Source: Chloroflexota bacterium (lineage in GTDB: Bacteria > Chloroflexota > JAJPGV01). From it: DNA of 64,000 bases. The DNA is taken from positions 60,745 through 124,744 of the forward strand of contig JAJPGV010000034.1 of NCBI GenBank assembly GCA_021325635.1, read 5' to 3'. Each line of letters starts with the position of its first letter. Within the stretch, counting starts at the first letter, position 1. Below the pieces are notes generated by a model. The model did no database searches. It saw only the letters and a program-made list of their open reading frames with translations, and was not told the origin of the DNA. Position numbers and translations under genes: made by a program. Below are positions 56,286 through 64,000 of the stretch, piece by piece.

Positions 56286-56939
56286 ATGCCAGCGAGCGTA
56301 AGGGAAGATCGGCGCCAGCAGCGCAAGCTTCAGCGGCAAGTGGCCGAGCAGGCCGCGGCCCGCGGCGCAAGGGTTCGCCGCTTCGGATTTATTGGGCTTG
56401 GCCTAGCGGTGATTGCCATCGTCGCCGTCATGGCCGTGATCTCTCGGGCGGGCACGGCGCAGCAGCAGCAGGCGAGTGCCGCCGAGGTGACCGGGCCGGG
56501 CACTCGGTTCGACGATCCGATCACAGCCTCGGGCGGCTTCTACCAGCACATCCCGAGCACCCAGCCGTTGACCATCGTGCATTATCCACCGACCTTTGGC
56601 GACCATTACGACACGCCTCGCCCACCTGGCGTGTACGACAACCCCGTGCCCGAGGGCTACTTCGTGCATGACCTGGAGCACGGCGCCATCGTGGTGCTGT
56701 TCCGCTGCCCGACGGGCTGTCCGGATACCGTCAATCAGCTGAAGGGCTTGATGAACAGCCTGCCCAAGGAGCGCTTCGGCCAGGTGAAGGTGGTGGCCTC
56801 GCCCAACGACCGGATCGATCATCCGGTAGCGTTGCTGGCCTGGGACTGGGAGCAGGACCTCGACGCCTTCGACGCGGACGCGGTCCGCACGTTCTACCGG
56901 GCACACGTCGACCACGGTCCGGAGCAGGCGCAGATCTAG
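56286..56939 (+). CDS. Membrane-anchored DUF3105-like protein
   Basis: N-terminal TM anchor then a domain with YFVHDLEHGAIVVLFRCPTGCPD, which I recall as the DUF3105 pattern. Confidence 0.55.
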   Translation: MPASVREDRRQQRKLQRQVAEQAAARGARVRRFGFIGLGLAVIAIVAVMAVISRAGTAQQQQASAAEVTGPGTRFDDPITASGGFYQHIPSTQPLTIVHYPPTFGDHYDTPRPPGVYDNPVPEGYFVHDLEHGAIVVLFRCPTGCPDTVNQLKGLMNSLPKERFGQVKVVASPNDRIDHPVALLAWDWEQDLDAFDADAVRTFYRAHVDHGPEQAQI

Positions 56940-56973
56940 ACCTGCCGGGCCGTCCGTGCGACGATGAGATCGT

Positions 56974-57213
56974 ATGAGTGAGCCCGACGCCTGGCCGCAG
57001 GATGACGTAAAAGCGCGCGCCACGCTCCTGGCATGGCTGGAAGGGGAGATCGATCTGGAGCGGGCCGCGGAGGTGTATGCAGGCTGCTTTCCGCCGGCGG
57101 CGAGCGTGGACGTAGAACACGTTAAGCGAACATGGGCGGGCTGGAGCGTTCCGCTGAGGCGGCAGATGGCCGCCCAGATCCGCCGTGCCATGACTGCGCC
57201 ACCTGTCAGCTGA
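56974..57213 (+). CDS. Hypothetical small protein (79 aa)
   Basis: ORF only; no recognisable motif. Confidence 0.25.
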   Translation: MSEPDAWPQDDVKARATLLAWLEGEIDLERAAEVYAGCFPPAASVDVEHVKRTWAGWSVPLRRQMAAQIRRAMTAPPVS

Positions 57214-57274
57214 TAAGCGGCCGACTGTTAGACTTGCCCGTGCTCAGCGCGTCGCCGCGGAGCAGGGGAGAGTC

Positions 57275-57562
57275 ATGAGCAGCAGCGGTTCCAGCAAAGT
57301 CCAGGGCACACCGTGGAAAGGGTGGGCCGAGGACATGGTTGACGCGTCAAAGCTGTGCGAGATTCTCGGCTATTCGACGAGCGATCCGAAGGTCGTCGGG
57401 GACGATGCTGCCGATAAGATCATCCGCATGGAAGCGGCGGTGGAGCGGGCCCGCATTTCAGGACGAATCCGGCGGTTCAGCGTTCTCAACACCGCCACCG
57501 GCGAGGTGCTGGCGTATGGCTACAAGCGAGCCGACGTACGCCGCATTCTTGGCATACCCTAG
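57275..57562 (+). CDS. Hypothetical protein (95 aa)
   Basis: ORF preceded by GGGGAGAG; balanced composition; no recognisable motif. Confidence 0.35.
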   Translation: MSSSGSSKVQGTPWKGWAEDMVDASKLCEILGYSTSDPKVVGDDAADKIIRMEAAVERARISGRIRRFSVLNTATGEVLAYGYKRADVRRILGIP

Positions 57563-57592
57563 CGTTCGCGAAGCTTTTCAGGAGTCAGAGGA

Positions 57593-58069
57593 ATGGACGA
57601 TCAAGCAAAGAAAACCGCGCTGCGCATGATTCCCTACGGCCTTCAGGTGCTGGGCGTTTCAGACGGCACGCAGCTCGACGTGGCCAGCATCAATTGGACC
57701 ACCCAGGTGTCCTTTCAGCCGCCGCTGGTGGTCATCGGCGTGAAGAAGGACAGCAAGCCATTCGGCATCCTCAAGGCCGGCGGCAAATTCGCCCTCAGCT
57801 TTCTCGAAAGTGGTCAGCGGGATCTTGCCTTTGCCTTTTTCAAGAGCGTGGAGCCGGCCGACGGCAAGTTCGGCAGCTATGCCTATGAGACGGCCCAAAC
57901 CGGCTGTCCGATCATCAGCGACGCCGCATCGTGGATCGAGGCTGAGGTGGTCTCGATTGACGAGACGGGCGATCACGCCGCGGTCATCGGCCGTGTCGTC
58001 AACGCCGGAGTGAAGCGAGAAGCGAAGCCGCTGACCCTGGCCGAGATGGGCGTCAACTACGGCGGCTAA
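57593..58069 (+). CDS. Flavin reductase family protein (NAD(P)H-flavin oxidoreductase-like)
   Basis: 158 aa with flavin-reductase-like sequence (MIPYGLQVLGV ... VASINWTTQVSFQPPLVVIGV). Confidence 0.8.
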   Translation: MDDQAKKTALRMIPYGLQVLGVSDGTQLDVASINWTTQVSFQPPLVVIGVKKDSKPFGILKAGGKFALSFLESGQRDLAFAFFKSVEPADGKFGSYAYETAQTGCPIISDAASWIEAEVVSIDETGDHAAVIGRVVNAGVKREAKPLTLAEMGVNYGG

Positions 58070-58071
58070 CC

Positions 58072-58113
58072 GCTAGCTCGAAGGAAGGTCCCGGGCGTTC
58101 GTGACCCGAGATC
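58072..58113 (+). terminator. Probable intrinsic terminator after the flavin reductase gene
   Basis: Stem ggaaggtcccggg / cccgagatcttcc with a 9-nt loop, followed by a T/C-rich tail, 3 nt after the stop. Confidence 0.45.
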
Positions 58114-58212
58114 TTCCTTTCCTCGGTATGCATGTTCGTATAATTACCGTTAAGCGAATACACCAACAGGCCCATTGCTTGTGACGCGCTTTTCTGGCAG
58201 ACTGAAAGAGCC

Positions 58213-59139
58213 ATGGCAGTATCGTCGATTGACTCCAGTCTCGCGTCGCTTCTGCAGCTGAGCCAGAATCCGCTGTTCGGGTCATCGAGCAGCCAGGGCC
58301 TGTTGGCGCTGGCGCAGCAGCTGGCCCAAGGTGCAGCGGCGGCTCAAGCAATACCGGCCACGCTGCCGGCGTCACTGATCTCGGCGCCGGCGAACGGTGG
58401 CATCGATGTGACCGGCGGAGGTTCAGTTGTGACGAACGTCGGTGGCATCAGCGGCGTCACCTCCGGCACAGCCACCATCGACGTGACCGCTCTGGCCGCG
58501 TCCGGCCAGCTGACCGGCTCAGCCGCGACGACCAGCGGCGCGACGTTTGCAGGTGGCGGGTCTTTGACCATAACCGGACCCGGAGGCAGCGTCTCCCTCA
58601 GCACTACGGCCGGTGAGACGGTGGGCCAGCTCATACAGGCGATTAACAGCTCCGGCGCCGGGGTGAACGCCGCGCTCAACAGCTCCGGCAAGCTGCAGCT
58701 CACGACCAGCGGCGCTGGGGCGGATCAAGCGATCACGGTCAGCGCGGTCTCCGGGGCGGACATCACGACCACCTTGGGCCTGACCAACGCCAGCGCCAGC
58801 GGCACGAACGCCACCGCGGTCGTGAACGGAACCACGTTCACCGCGGAAAGCGGCAACCAGTTCCATCTTTCCGGCATCGGCGCGGGCTCGCTGCTGGGCC
58901 TTACGTTCAGCGCTGCCAGCACCGGCACCACCAGCGTGACCGTGTCAGCCAGCCGCTCGACGGTGAACGTGCCACCACCGGTTTCGAGCTCACCTGCAAA
59001 CGCCCTGCAGTCCGTGCTGGGTACGAACGATTTCACGCTGGCGTCGCGGCAGCTGGCCAATGCACTGCTGCTGCAGCAGTTCTCGCTGTTTGCCCTGCAG
59101 CAGCAGAGCCAGGCATTCGGCCTCCAGAACCTGCTGTAG
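58213..59139 (+). CDS. FliD-like (flagellar cap protein-like) low-complexity protein, orphan
   Basis: 308 aa, Ser/Thr/Gly/Ala-rich. Central segment ETVGQLIQAINSSGAGVNAALNSSGKLQLTTSGAGADQAITVS resembles the FliD central domain pattern; Gln/Leu-rich helical termini. No other flagellar genes in the window. Confidence 0.45.
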   Translation: MAVSSIDSSLASLLQLSQNPLFGSSSSQGLLALAQQLAQGAAAAQAIPATLPASLISAPANGGIDVTGGGSVVTNVGGISGVTSGTATIDVTALAASGQLTGSAATTSGATFAGGGSLTITGPGGSVSLSTTAGETVGQLIQAINSSGAGVNAALNSSGKLQLTTSGAGADQAITVSAVSGADITTTLGLTNASASGTNATAVVNGTTFTAESGNQFHLSGIGAGSLLGLTFSAASTGTTSVTVSASRSTVNVPPPVSSSPANALQSVLGTNDFTLASRQLANALLLQQFSLFALQQQSQAFGLQNLL

Positions 59140-59255
59140 ATCGCTGGCTGGGCCAGCTGCCGTCGGAGTCCGCTTCTCGGCCCCTACCTCTTCATTCGTC
59201 GATGTTCCTATCGGCATTATGTCAATGCGCGTAGGGTATGCTGAGGAGCGTTCGT

Positions 59256-60053
59256 ATGACTGACGTCAACCTCCTTCCCCGAATCGCCGACGTCGAGCGC
59301 ATCGAGCTCGACAGGTTGATCGCCTATCTGCGCGATCTGGATGAGGCCGGCTGGGTCGAACAGTCCTACTGCTTCGACTGGGCCGTTTATCAGGCGGTGT
59401 CGCACCTCGCCTCGGGCCTCCGAATCACCAAGATGCGATTGAACCACTGGGTCAACAGCGGACCCGAGGTGTCGCGTGAGCAGATGGAGGCGGTGTGGGA
59501 GCTGTTCGACAGCCTGCGGCCGGCCGACGTGGGCTCGGAGTTTCAGAAGGCCACGGGCGAGTATCTGGTGGCGCTGCGTGCGCTCCCCGACGAGGCCGGG
59601 CTGCTCGAAGTAGACGGTTTTCGCGGTGTTCGGCCACTGTGGGTGTATCAGCTCGGCCGGCTGCATGAGCTGGCCGTGCACAGCTGGGACATCTTCATCG
59701 CTCGCGATCGCACTGCTCGGCTCCCGGCCGCGGCAGTCGAGCTGTTTGCCGGCCAGCTGCACAATCTCTTCACGGCGGGCGACATCGAGCGCGGCCGTGA
59801 GCTCACCGAGGGCCGCCGGGTTGAGCTGCGGACAGCGAATCCGGATTTCCGTTACCAGCTGAACAGCACTGGCGTACGCCTCAGGCTCGAGCCCGCCGGC
59901 TCGGAAGCGGCCGACCTCATCGTCGAGGGACCGGCCGAAGAGGTTTGCCGGCTGACAGCGGGCCGGCACTTCCTACCTGGCAGCCTACGTCAGCTCACCG
60001 TCATCAGCGGTCCGCCCGGCGACCTGGGCAAGCTCTGCCGGGTCTTTCATTAG
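59256..60053 (+). CDS. DinB-like / mycothiol-dependent maleylpyruvate isomerase N-terminal domain family protein (TIGR03083-like)
   Basis: Sequence pattern (WAVYQAVSHLASG ... HSWDIFIA) recalled as this family; ATG 59256 preceded by GAGGAG at 6-nt spacing. Confidence 0.6.
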   Translation: MTDVNLLPRIADVERIELDRLIAYLRDLDEAGWVEQSYCFDWAVYQAVSHLASGLRITKMRLNHWVNSGPEVSREQMEAVWELFDSLRPADVGSEFQKATGEYLVALRALPDEAGLLEVDGFRGVRPLWVYQLGRLHELAVHSWDIFIARDRTARLPAAAVELFAGQLHNLFTAGDIERGRELTEGRRVELRTANPDFRYQLNSTGVRLRLEPAGSEAADLIVEGPAEEVCRLTAGRHFLPGSLRQLTVISGPPGDLGKLCRVFH

Positions 60054-60055
60054 CG

Positions 60056-60829
60056 ATGCAGTTCGTTCGCCTGGAGCAGGACGGACCCATTGCCGTCATC
60101 ACTATCGACAACCCGCCGGTCAACGCCATTGCCCAACCCGTGCGCGCTGAGATCCAGGAGGCCTTGCGCAGCGTGGAGGACGACCCGGACACTCGGGTGG
60201 TGATTCTCACCGGCGCCGGCCAGAAAATCTTCGTCGCCGGCGCCGACGTCACCGAATTCCCGCCGCTGAACTACGCTAGCGGCGTCGAGCGGAACAAGCG
60301 CGCGCGCGCTTGGTGGGACTACGTCGCTTCCTTCCCCAAGCCCATCATCGCCGCCATCAACGGCCACGCGCTGGGCGGAGGATTGGAGCTGGCGCTGTGC
60401 TGCGACATCCGCATCGCCTCGCCCAACGCCAGGTTGGGGCTGCCCGAGGTTGGTCTGGGGATCCTGCCCGGCGGAGGCGGCACGCAGCGCCTGGCCAGAC
60501 TCGTAGGCGCAGGCATGGCCAAGCTGATGATCTTTACCGGGGAAGCCATTACCGCGTCCGAAGCGGAGCGGCGCGGCCTGGTCGAGAAGGTGGTGGAACA
60601 GGGGCAGCTGCTCATGGAGTGCCGCGTTCTCGCGGAGAAGATCATCACCAAAGCACCGCTGTCCATCCTTCGAGCCAAGGAAGCCATCAACCGTGGCGCT
60701 GAGGGTGGGTTGGCGCAAGGTCTCGACTATGAAGGCGAATGCTTTGCTCGGCTGATGGACACCGAGGACAAGAACGAAGGCATCGCCGCGTTCCAGGAGA
60801 AACGTCCACCGCTCTGGAAGGGCCGCTGA
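60056..60829 (+). CDS. Enoyl-CoA hydratase/isomerase (crotonase family)
   Basis: 257 aa with crotonase signatures (AINGHALGGGLELALCCDIRIAS ... GLPEVGLGILPGGGGTQRL). Confidence 0.9.
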   Translation: MQFVRLEQDGPIAVITIDNPPVNAIAQPVRAEIQEALRSVEDDPDTRVVILTGAGQKIFVAGADVTEFPPLNYASGVERNKRARAWWDYVASFPKPIIAAINGHALGGGLELALCCDIRIASPNARLGLPEVGLGILPGGGGTQRLARLVGAGMAKLMIFTGEAITASEAERRGLVEKVVEQGQLLMECRVLAEKIITKAPLSILRAKEAINRGAEGGLAQGLDYEGECFARLMDTEDKNEGIAAFQEKRPPLWKGR

Positions 60830-60846
60830 CCGCCTGCGACCGGCGC

Positions 60847-62142
60847 TCAGCCGTGGCTGTGGCTGGCCGCTTCGCGAGGCTCGGACTCTAACGCCGCCCC
60901 CTCGTGCTGCTGAGCGAAGTGCTGACGACAGTGATCCGAGCAAAAGTAGTATGTCCGCCCCGCGATCGTCATCTCGGCCGGAGCCTGCGCGATCTCGACC
61001 TGCATGCCGCAGACAGGATCGTTGGCGTAGCCGGCGCCGCCTCCAAATCGGGCACGGTTGCGTTCCAGCCACAGCAGCGCCAGGAACGCGACCACGGCAA
61101 TCAGGTTCAGCACGGTGGTGTAGCTCCACTGCAGGGGTGGCTCGACGATTCGCAGGCTCGCCTGGGACGGAACCAAACCGGCTGCCTGGAAGACCAGCTC
61201 GGTCAGCAGTCCCGCCATCGACATGACCAGCCAGAACAGCGCCAGCATCCTCAGCGCCAGCTTTCCGCCGTAGTACTTGCGGTAGATCGCCAGCAGGGGG
61301 AAGGAGATCAGATCGGCGAAGATGAAGCTCACCACACCGCCAAAGCTGATGCCACCCGCCCACAGCGCCGCTGCCAGGGGCACGTTGCCCACCGAGCAAA
61401 CAAAGCTGACGATGGCAATGAACGGCCCAATGATGACGTTCTCCAACGACGTCCAAAAGCCGTGTCCCCGCAGAAACAGCGCGTTCCACAGGCTCGTTGG
61501 GACCAGCACAGCCAGGAAGCCGGCCACGACGTAGCCAATCAGCAGCTCCCGGCGCAGCATGGTGACGTCGGCCACGGTGTAACCAGCCGCATCTGACCAG
61601 CCTGCCAGCGAGGTCAGCCTGGTACGCCAGGGGGCGCGGGGTGCGCCGGCCTCGGCACCATGCGCTTCACCCTGGGCCTGCAGGCGCTTTCGCGCGGCCT
61701 CGACGAGGCGCGGCCGGAGGAGCAGTCCCGCGGCGGCGCTCAGCAGCGCGATCATGAGCACCCCACCGAGAAATTCGCTCGCGACGAACTGCCAGCCCAT
61801 CAGTACCCACAGCACGATGCCCAGCTCGATCACCAGGTTGGTGCTGGCAAACATGAACGTCAGCGCCGCCACGAAATCCGCGCCCTTCTGAAACAGCGAC
61901 TTAGCCACGGCCGTAGCTGCATACGAGCACGACGAGGAGATCATGCCGAAGCCGGTCGCCCGGGCAATAGAAGGCAAACTGCGCGCTCCGAGAGCCCGCT
62001 GCATCTCTGCACGGGACACAAACGCCTGCACGGCGCCCGACAGCGTGAAGCCCAGCACCAGGGCCCAGAGCGTGTCCCAGAACATGAAGAAGGCCATCTG
62101 CAGACTGGCCCACACAGCCATTGCCGCGGTCGCAAGTGTCAT
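60847..62142 (-). CDS. DUF318/ArsP-like permease fused to a C-terminal YHS (TRASH-like) metal-binding domain
   Basis: 431 aa. Two-repeat permease architecture with a Cys-containing motif (GMISSSCSYAATA); C-terminal YHS-type motif DPVCGMQV...GRTYYFCSDHC. Confidence 0.75.
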   Translation of the reverse strand: MTLATAAMAVWASLQMAFFMFWDTLWALVLGFTLSGAVQAFVSRAEMQRALGARSLPSIARATGFGMISSSCSYAATAVAKSLFQKGADFVAALTFMFASTNLVIELGIVLWVLMGWQFVASEFLGGVLMIALLSAAAGLLLRPRLVEAARKRLQAQGEAHGAEAGAPRAPWRTRLTSLAGWSDAAGYTVADVTMLRRELLIGYVVAGFLAVLVPTSLWNALFLRGHGFWTSLENVIIGPFIAIVSFVCSVGNVPLAAALWAGGISFGGVVSFIFADLISFPLLAIYRKYYGGKLALRMLALFWLVMSMAGLLTELVFQAAGLVPSQASLRIVEPPLQWSYTTVLNLIAVVAFLALLWLERNRARFGGGAGYANDPVCGMQVEIAQAPAEMTIAGRTYYFCSDHCRQHFAQQHEGAALESEPREAASHSHG

Positions 62143-62155
62143 GTTCCCGGCTCGA

Positions 62156-62419
62156 CTACCTCCTCGATATCTCGAAGATGTCGGCCAGCTCTCGTATCGT
62201 GTCCTGGCCCCGATCGGGCAGGAGCCGTTCCTGGACGCAGCCGCTCAAATGGCCCTGCAGAAGGACGCTCTCGAGCTTCTTGATAGCTCGTTCCACGGCG
62301 TAGGTCTGCTTGAGGATGTCGACGCAGTATTGGTCTTCATCGACCATGCGCCGTATGCCCTTGAGGTGCCCTTCGATGGTGGCTAGGCGGTTCAGGACGT
62401 CACGCTTGTTCGCCTGCAT
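62156..62419 (-). CDS. csoR: CsoR/RcnR family metal-sensing transcriptional repressor
   Basis: 87 aa from the second Met ([12 protein letters not shown]). CsoR-like sequence with Cys (YCVDIL) and His-x3-Cys (GHLSGC) at positions matching the Cu(I)-sensing CsoR triad. Confidence 0.8.
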   Translation of the reverse strand: MQANKRDVLNRLATIEGHLKGIRRMVDEDQYCVDILKQTYAVERAIKKLESVLLQGHLSGCVQERLLPDRGQDTIRELADIFEISRR

Positions 62420-62436
62420 ACCCGTACTGTAGCGCG

Positions 62437-62461
62437 TACCCACCCCCCTGGGGAGGGGGTA
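62437..62461. promoter_or_regulatory. GC-rich pseudo-palindrome, candidate CsoR operator
   Basis: TACCCACCCCCCTGGGGAGGGGGTA, 18 nt upstream of the csoR start. Resembles the TACCC...GGGGTA operators described for CsoR-family repressors. Confidence 0.5.
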
Positions 62462-62553
62462 AGCGCCCTGGAAGCTCGGCCGGGTTTAGTATTGGGTCGA
62501 TCCCGGTGCAGGCTGCACTCAGCCACGGCCTGCACCAGTCGAGGAAGACGACA

Positions 62554-63057
62554 GTGACAGAAACGCTGCCCATCAGCGTCACGGTGAATGGCACCGAATA
62601 CCGGTACGAAGTCGAGCCCCGCCTCCTGCTGGTGCATTACATCAGGGACATCCTCAACCTCACCGGCACCCATGTGGGCTGTGATACGAGTAACTGCGGC
62701 GCCTGCACGGTGCTGCTCGACAACCGCTCGGTGAAATCGTGCACGCTGCTGGCCGTGCAGGCTGACGGCTGTGACGTCACCACCATCGAGGGTCTGGCCG
62801 GGGAAGAGGGGCTCCACCCGGTGCAGCGGGGCTTCTGGGAAGAGCATGGGCTGCAGTGCGGCTACTGCACCCCCGGCATGATCCTCTCGGCCGTGCAGCT
62901 GCTGCAGCGCAACCCGGAGCCCACGGACGACGAGATCCGCTCCGGAATCGAGGGCAACTTATGCCGCTGCACCGGCTACCAGAACATCGTCAACGCTATT
63001 CGCTGGGCGGCAGAGCGCCTGCGTGAAGCCGAAGCCAGCCAGACGGCAAAGCAGTGA
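62554..63057 (+). CDS. coxS: Molybdo-enzyme small subunit, [2Fe-2S]-binding (CO dehydrogenase CoxS-like)
   Basis: Two 2Fe-2S motifs ([11 protein letters not shown] and CGYCTPGM / CRCTGY); start taken as GTG 62554 after GAGGAAG. Confidence 0.85.
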   Translation: MTETLPISVTVNGTEYRYEVEPRLLLVHYIRDILNLTGTHVGCDTSNCGACTVLLDNRSVKSCTLLAVQADGCDVTTIEGLAGEEGLHPVQRGFWEEHGLQCGYCTPGMILSAVQLLQRNPEPTDDEIRSGIEGNLCRCTGYQNIVNAIRWAAERLREAEASQTAKQ

Positions 63058-63920
63058 TTCCCCCTGAATTTGGCTACCGCCGCCCGGCGTCTCTGGCGGA
63101 GGCCGTCGCGATGCTGGAGGGCGACGAGGAGGCCAAGATCCTGGCCGGCGGGCACAGCCTGATCCCGCTCCTCAAGCTGCGCCTGGTCCAGCCCTCGCAG
63201 CTGGTGGACATTGCCCGCCTGCCCGGCTTGAGCTACGTGCGCGAGGACAACGGGGCCATAGCCGTTGGCGCGATGACCACCCACTTCGACGTCGAACGCT
63301 CTGGCCTGCTGATGGACGCGCTTCCCCTGCTGCCCTTGACCGCAGCGACCATCGGCGACGTGCAGGTACGCAATCGAGGCACGATCGGAGGCTCCTTGGC
63401 CCACGCCGATCCGGCCGCCGATCTGGGTGCGGCCGCACTGGCGCTGGGGGCCGAATTCGTCGCCGAGGGCCCCGCCGGCCGGCGGGCTATCCCGGCGCAA
63501 GCCTTCTTCGTTGACGTTCTCACGACGGCGCTTGAACCGGCGGAGGTCGTCGTCGAGATCCGCTTTCCCAAGCCCGCCGGCCGTGTGGGCGCGGATTACC
63601 TCAAGTTCAACCACCGAGCGATCGACTGGGCCATCGTCGGTATCGCCAGCTGGCTGGTTTTCGACGGCGACGTTGTCTCGGATGCCGCGGTTGGGCTTAC
63701 CGCCCTGGGCAGCACGCCGCTCCGGGCCACCGGAGTCGAACAGCTGCTGCGGGGGCAGAAGTGGTCACGGGATCTAGCCCAGGCCGCGGCTCAACGAGCG
63801 TCGGACGGGCTCGATCCCTTGAGCGACCGCCACGGCAGCGCTGCGTACCGACTGCACCTGGCACGGGTGCTCACCGAGCGCAGCCTGATCGCAGCGGCCG
63901 CTCGGGCCGGCCAGCAGTAG
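63054..63920 (+). CDS. coxM: Molybdo-enzyme medium subunit, FAD-binding (CO dehydrogenase CoxM-like)
   Basis: 288 aa with FAD-binding signature ([15 protein letters not shown]) and CoxM-like sequence; GTGA overlap with the coxS stop. Confidence 0.85.
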   Translation: MIPPEFGYRRPASLAEAVAMLEGDEEAKILAGGHSLIPLLKLRLVQPSQLVDIARLPGLSYVREDNGAIAVGAMTTHFDVERSGLLMDALPLLPLTAATIGDVQVRNRGTIGGSLAHADPAADLGAAALALGAEFVAEGPAGRRAIPAQAFFVDVLTTALEPAEVVVEIRFPKPAGRVGADYLKFNHRAIDWAIVGIASWLVFDGDVVSDAAVGLTALGSTPLRATGVEQLLRGQKWSRDLAQAAAQRASDGLDPLSDRHGSAAYRLHLARVLTERSLIAAAARAGQQ

Positions 63921-64000
63921 CTTCCCGGCTGTAACTCGCTCCGACCGATCTGGTATGAAGCGCATGCTCACGTTGTCCGCTCGCTGCCGCCAGGTCTTCC

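Noticed and set aside
60050-61489. 479-aa minus-strand ORF
   Set aside because: Overlaps the well-supported enoyl-CoA hydratase (plus strand) and the permease-YHS gene in the wrong frame; Arg/Gly-rich.
63921-64000. Start of a CO dehydrogenase large-subunit gene
   Set aside because: Expected downstream of coxM, but no start codon with a supporting RBS and no recognisable N-terminus within the last 80 nt of the window.

Overview
High-GC (about 70%) bacterial chromosomal segment, densely coding on both strands, with roughly 60 supportable genes. All calls are from reading the translations and sequence by eye; no database search, HMM or RNA covariance model was run. Main content: (1) a translationally coupled cobalamin biosynthesis operon on the minus strand (cobN, chlI/chlD fusion, cbiX, cobH, cbiD, cobL, cobI, cobM; 21059-32228), with a weak riboswitch-like leader; (2) three paralogous GT-C (ArnT/PMT-like) membrane glycosyltransferases with repeated C-terminal domains, two of them directly downstream of the cob operon; (3) a histidine kinase / CheY-like receiver / REC-GGDEF-EAL signalling operon; (4) two RNA genes, tRNA-Arg(TCT) and RNase P RNA; (5) an aromatic ring-hydroxylating dioxygenase cluster next to the tRNA; (6) purB and purH separated by an unusual PurM-like plus Roadblock/LC7 pair; (7) glgA, citrate synthase, manC, msrA; (8) metal homeostasis genes (CopC/CopD fusion; CsoR with a palindromic operator and a permease-YHS fusion); (9) coxS/coxM at the right edge. 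I could not identify a defined novel system with certainty. The candidates I rank highest are the PurM-like/Roadblock pair, the CsoR-controlled permease-YHS module, an orphan FliD-like protein, and the GT-C paralog family. Many long ORFs in the six-frame track are antisense shadows or Arg-rich upstream extensions typical of high-GC DNA and were rejected or trimmed. The MshA-like GT4 and a TIGR03083-like DinB domain hint at an actinobacterium-like lineage, but that is inference only.
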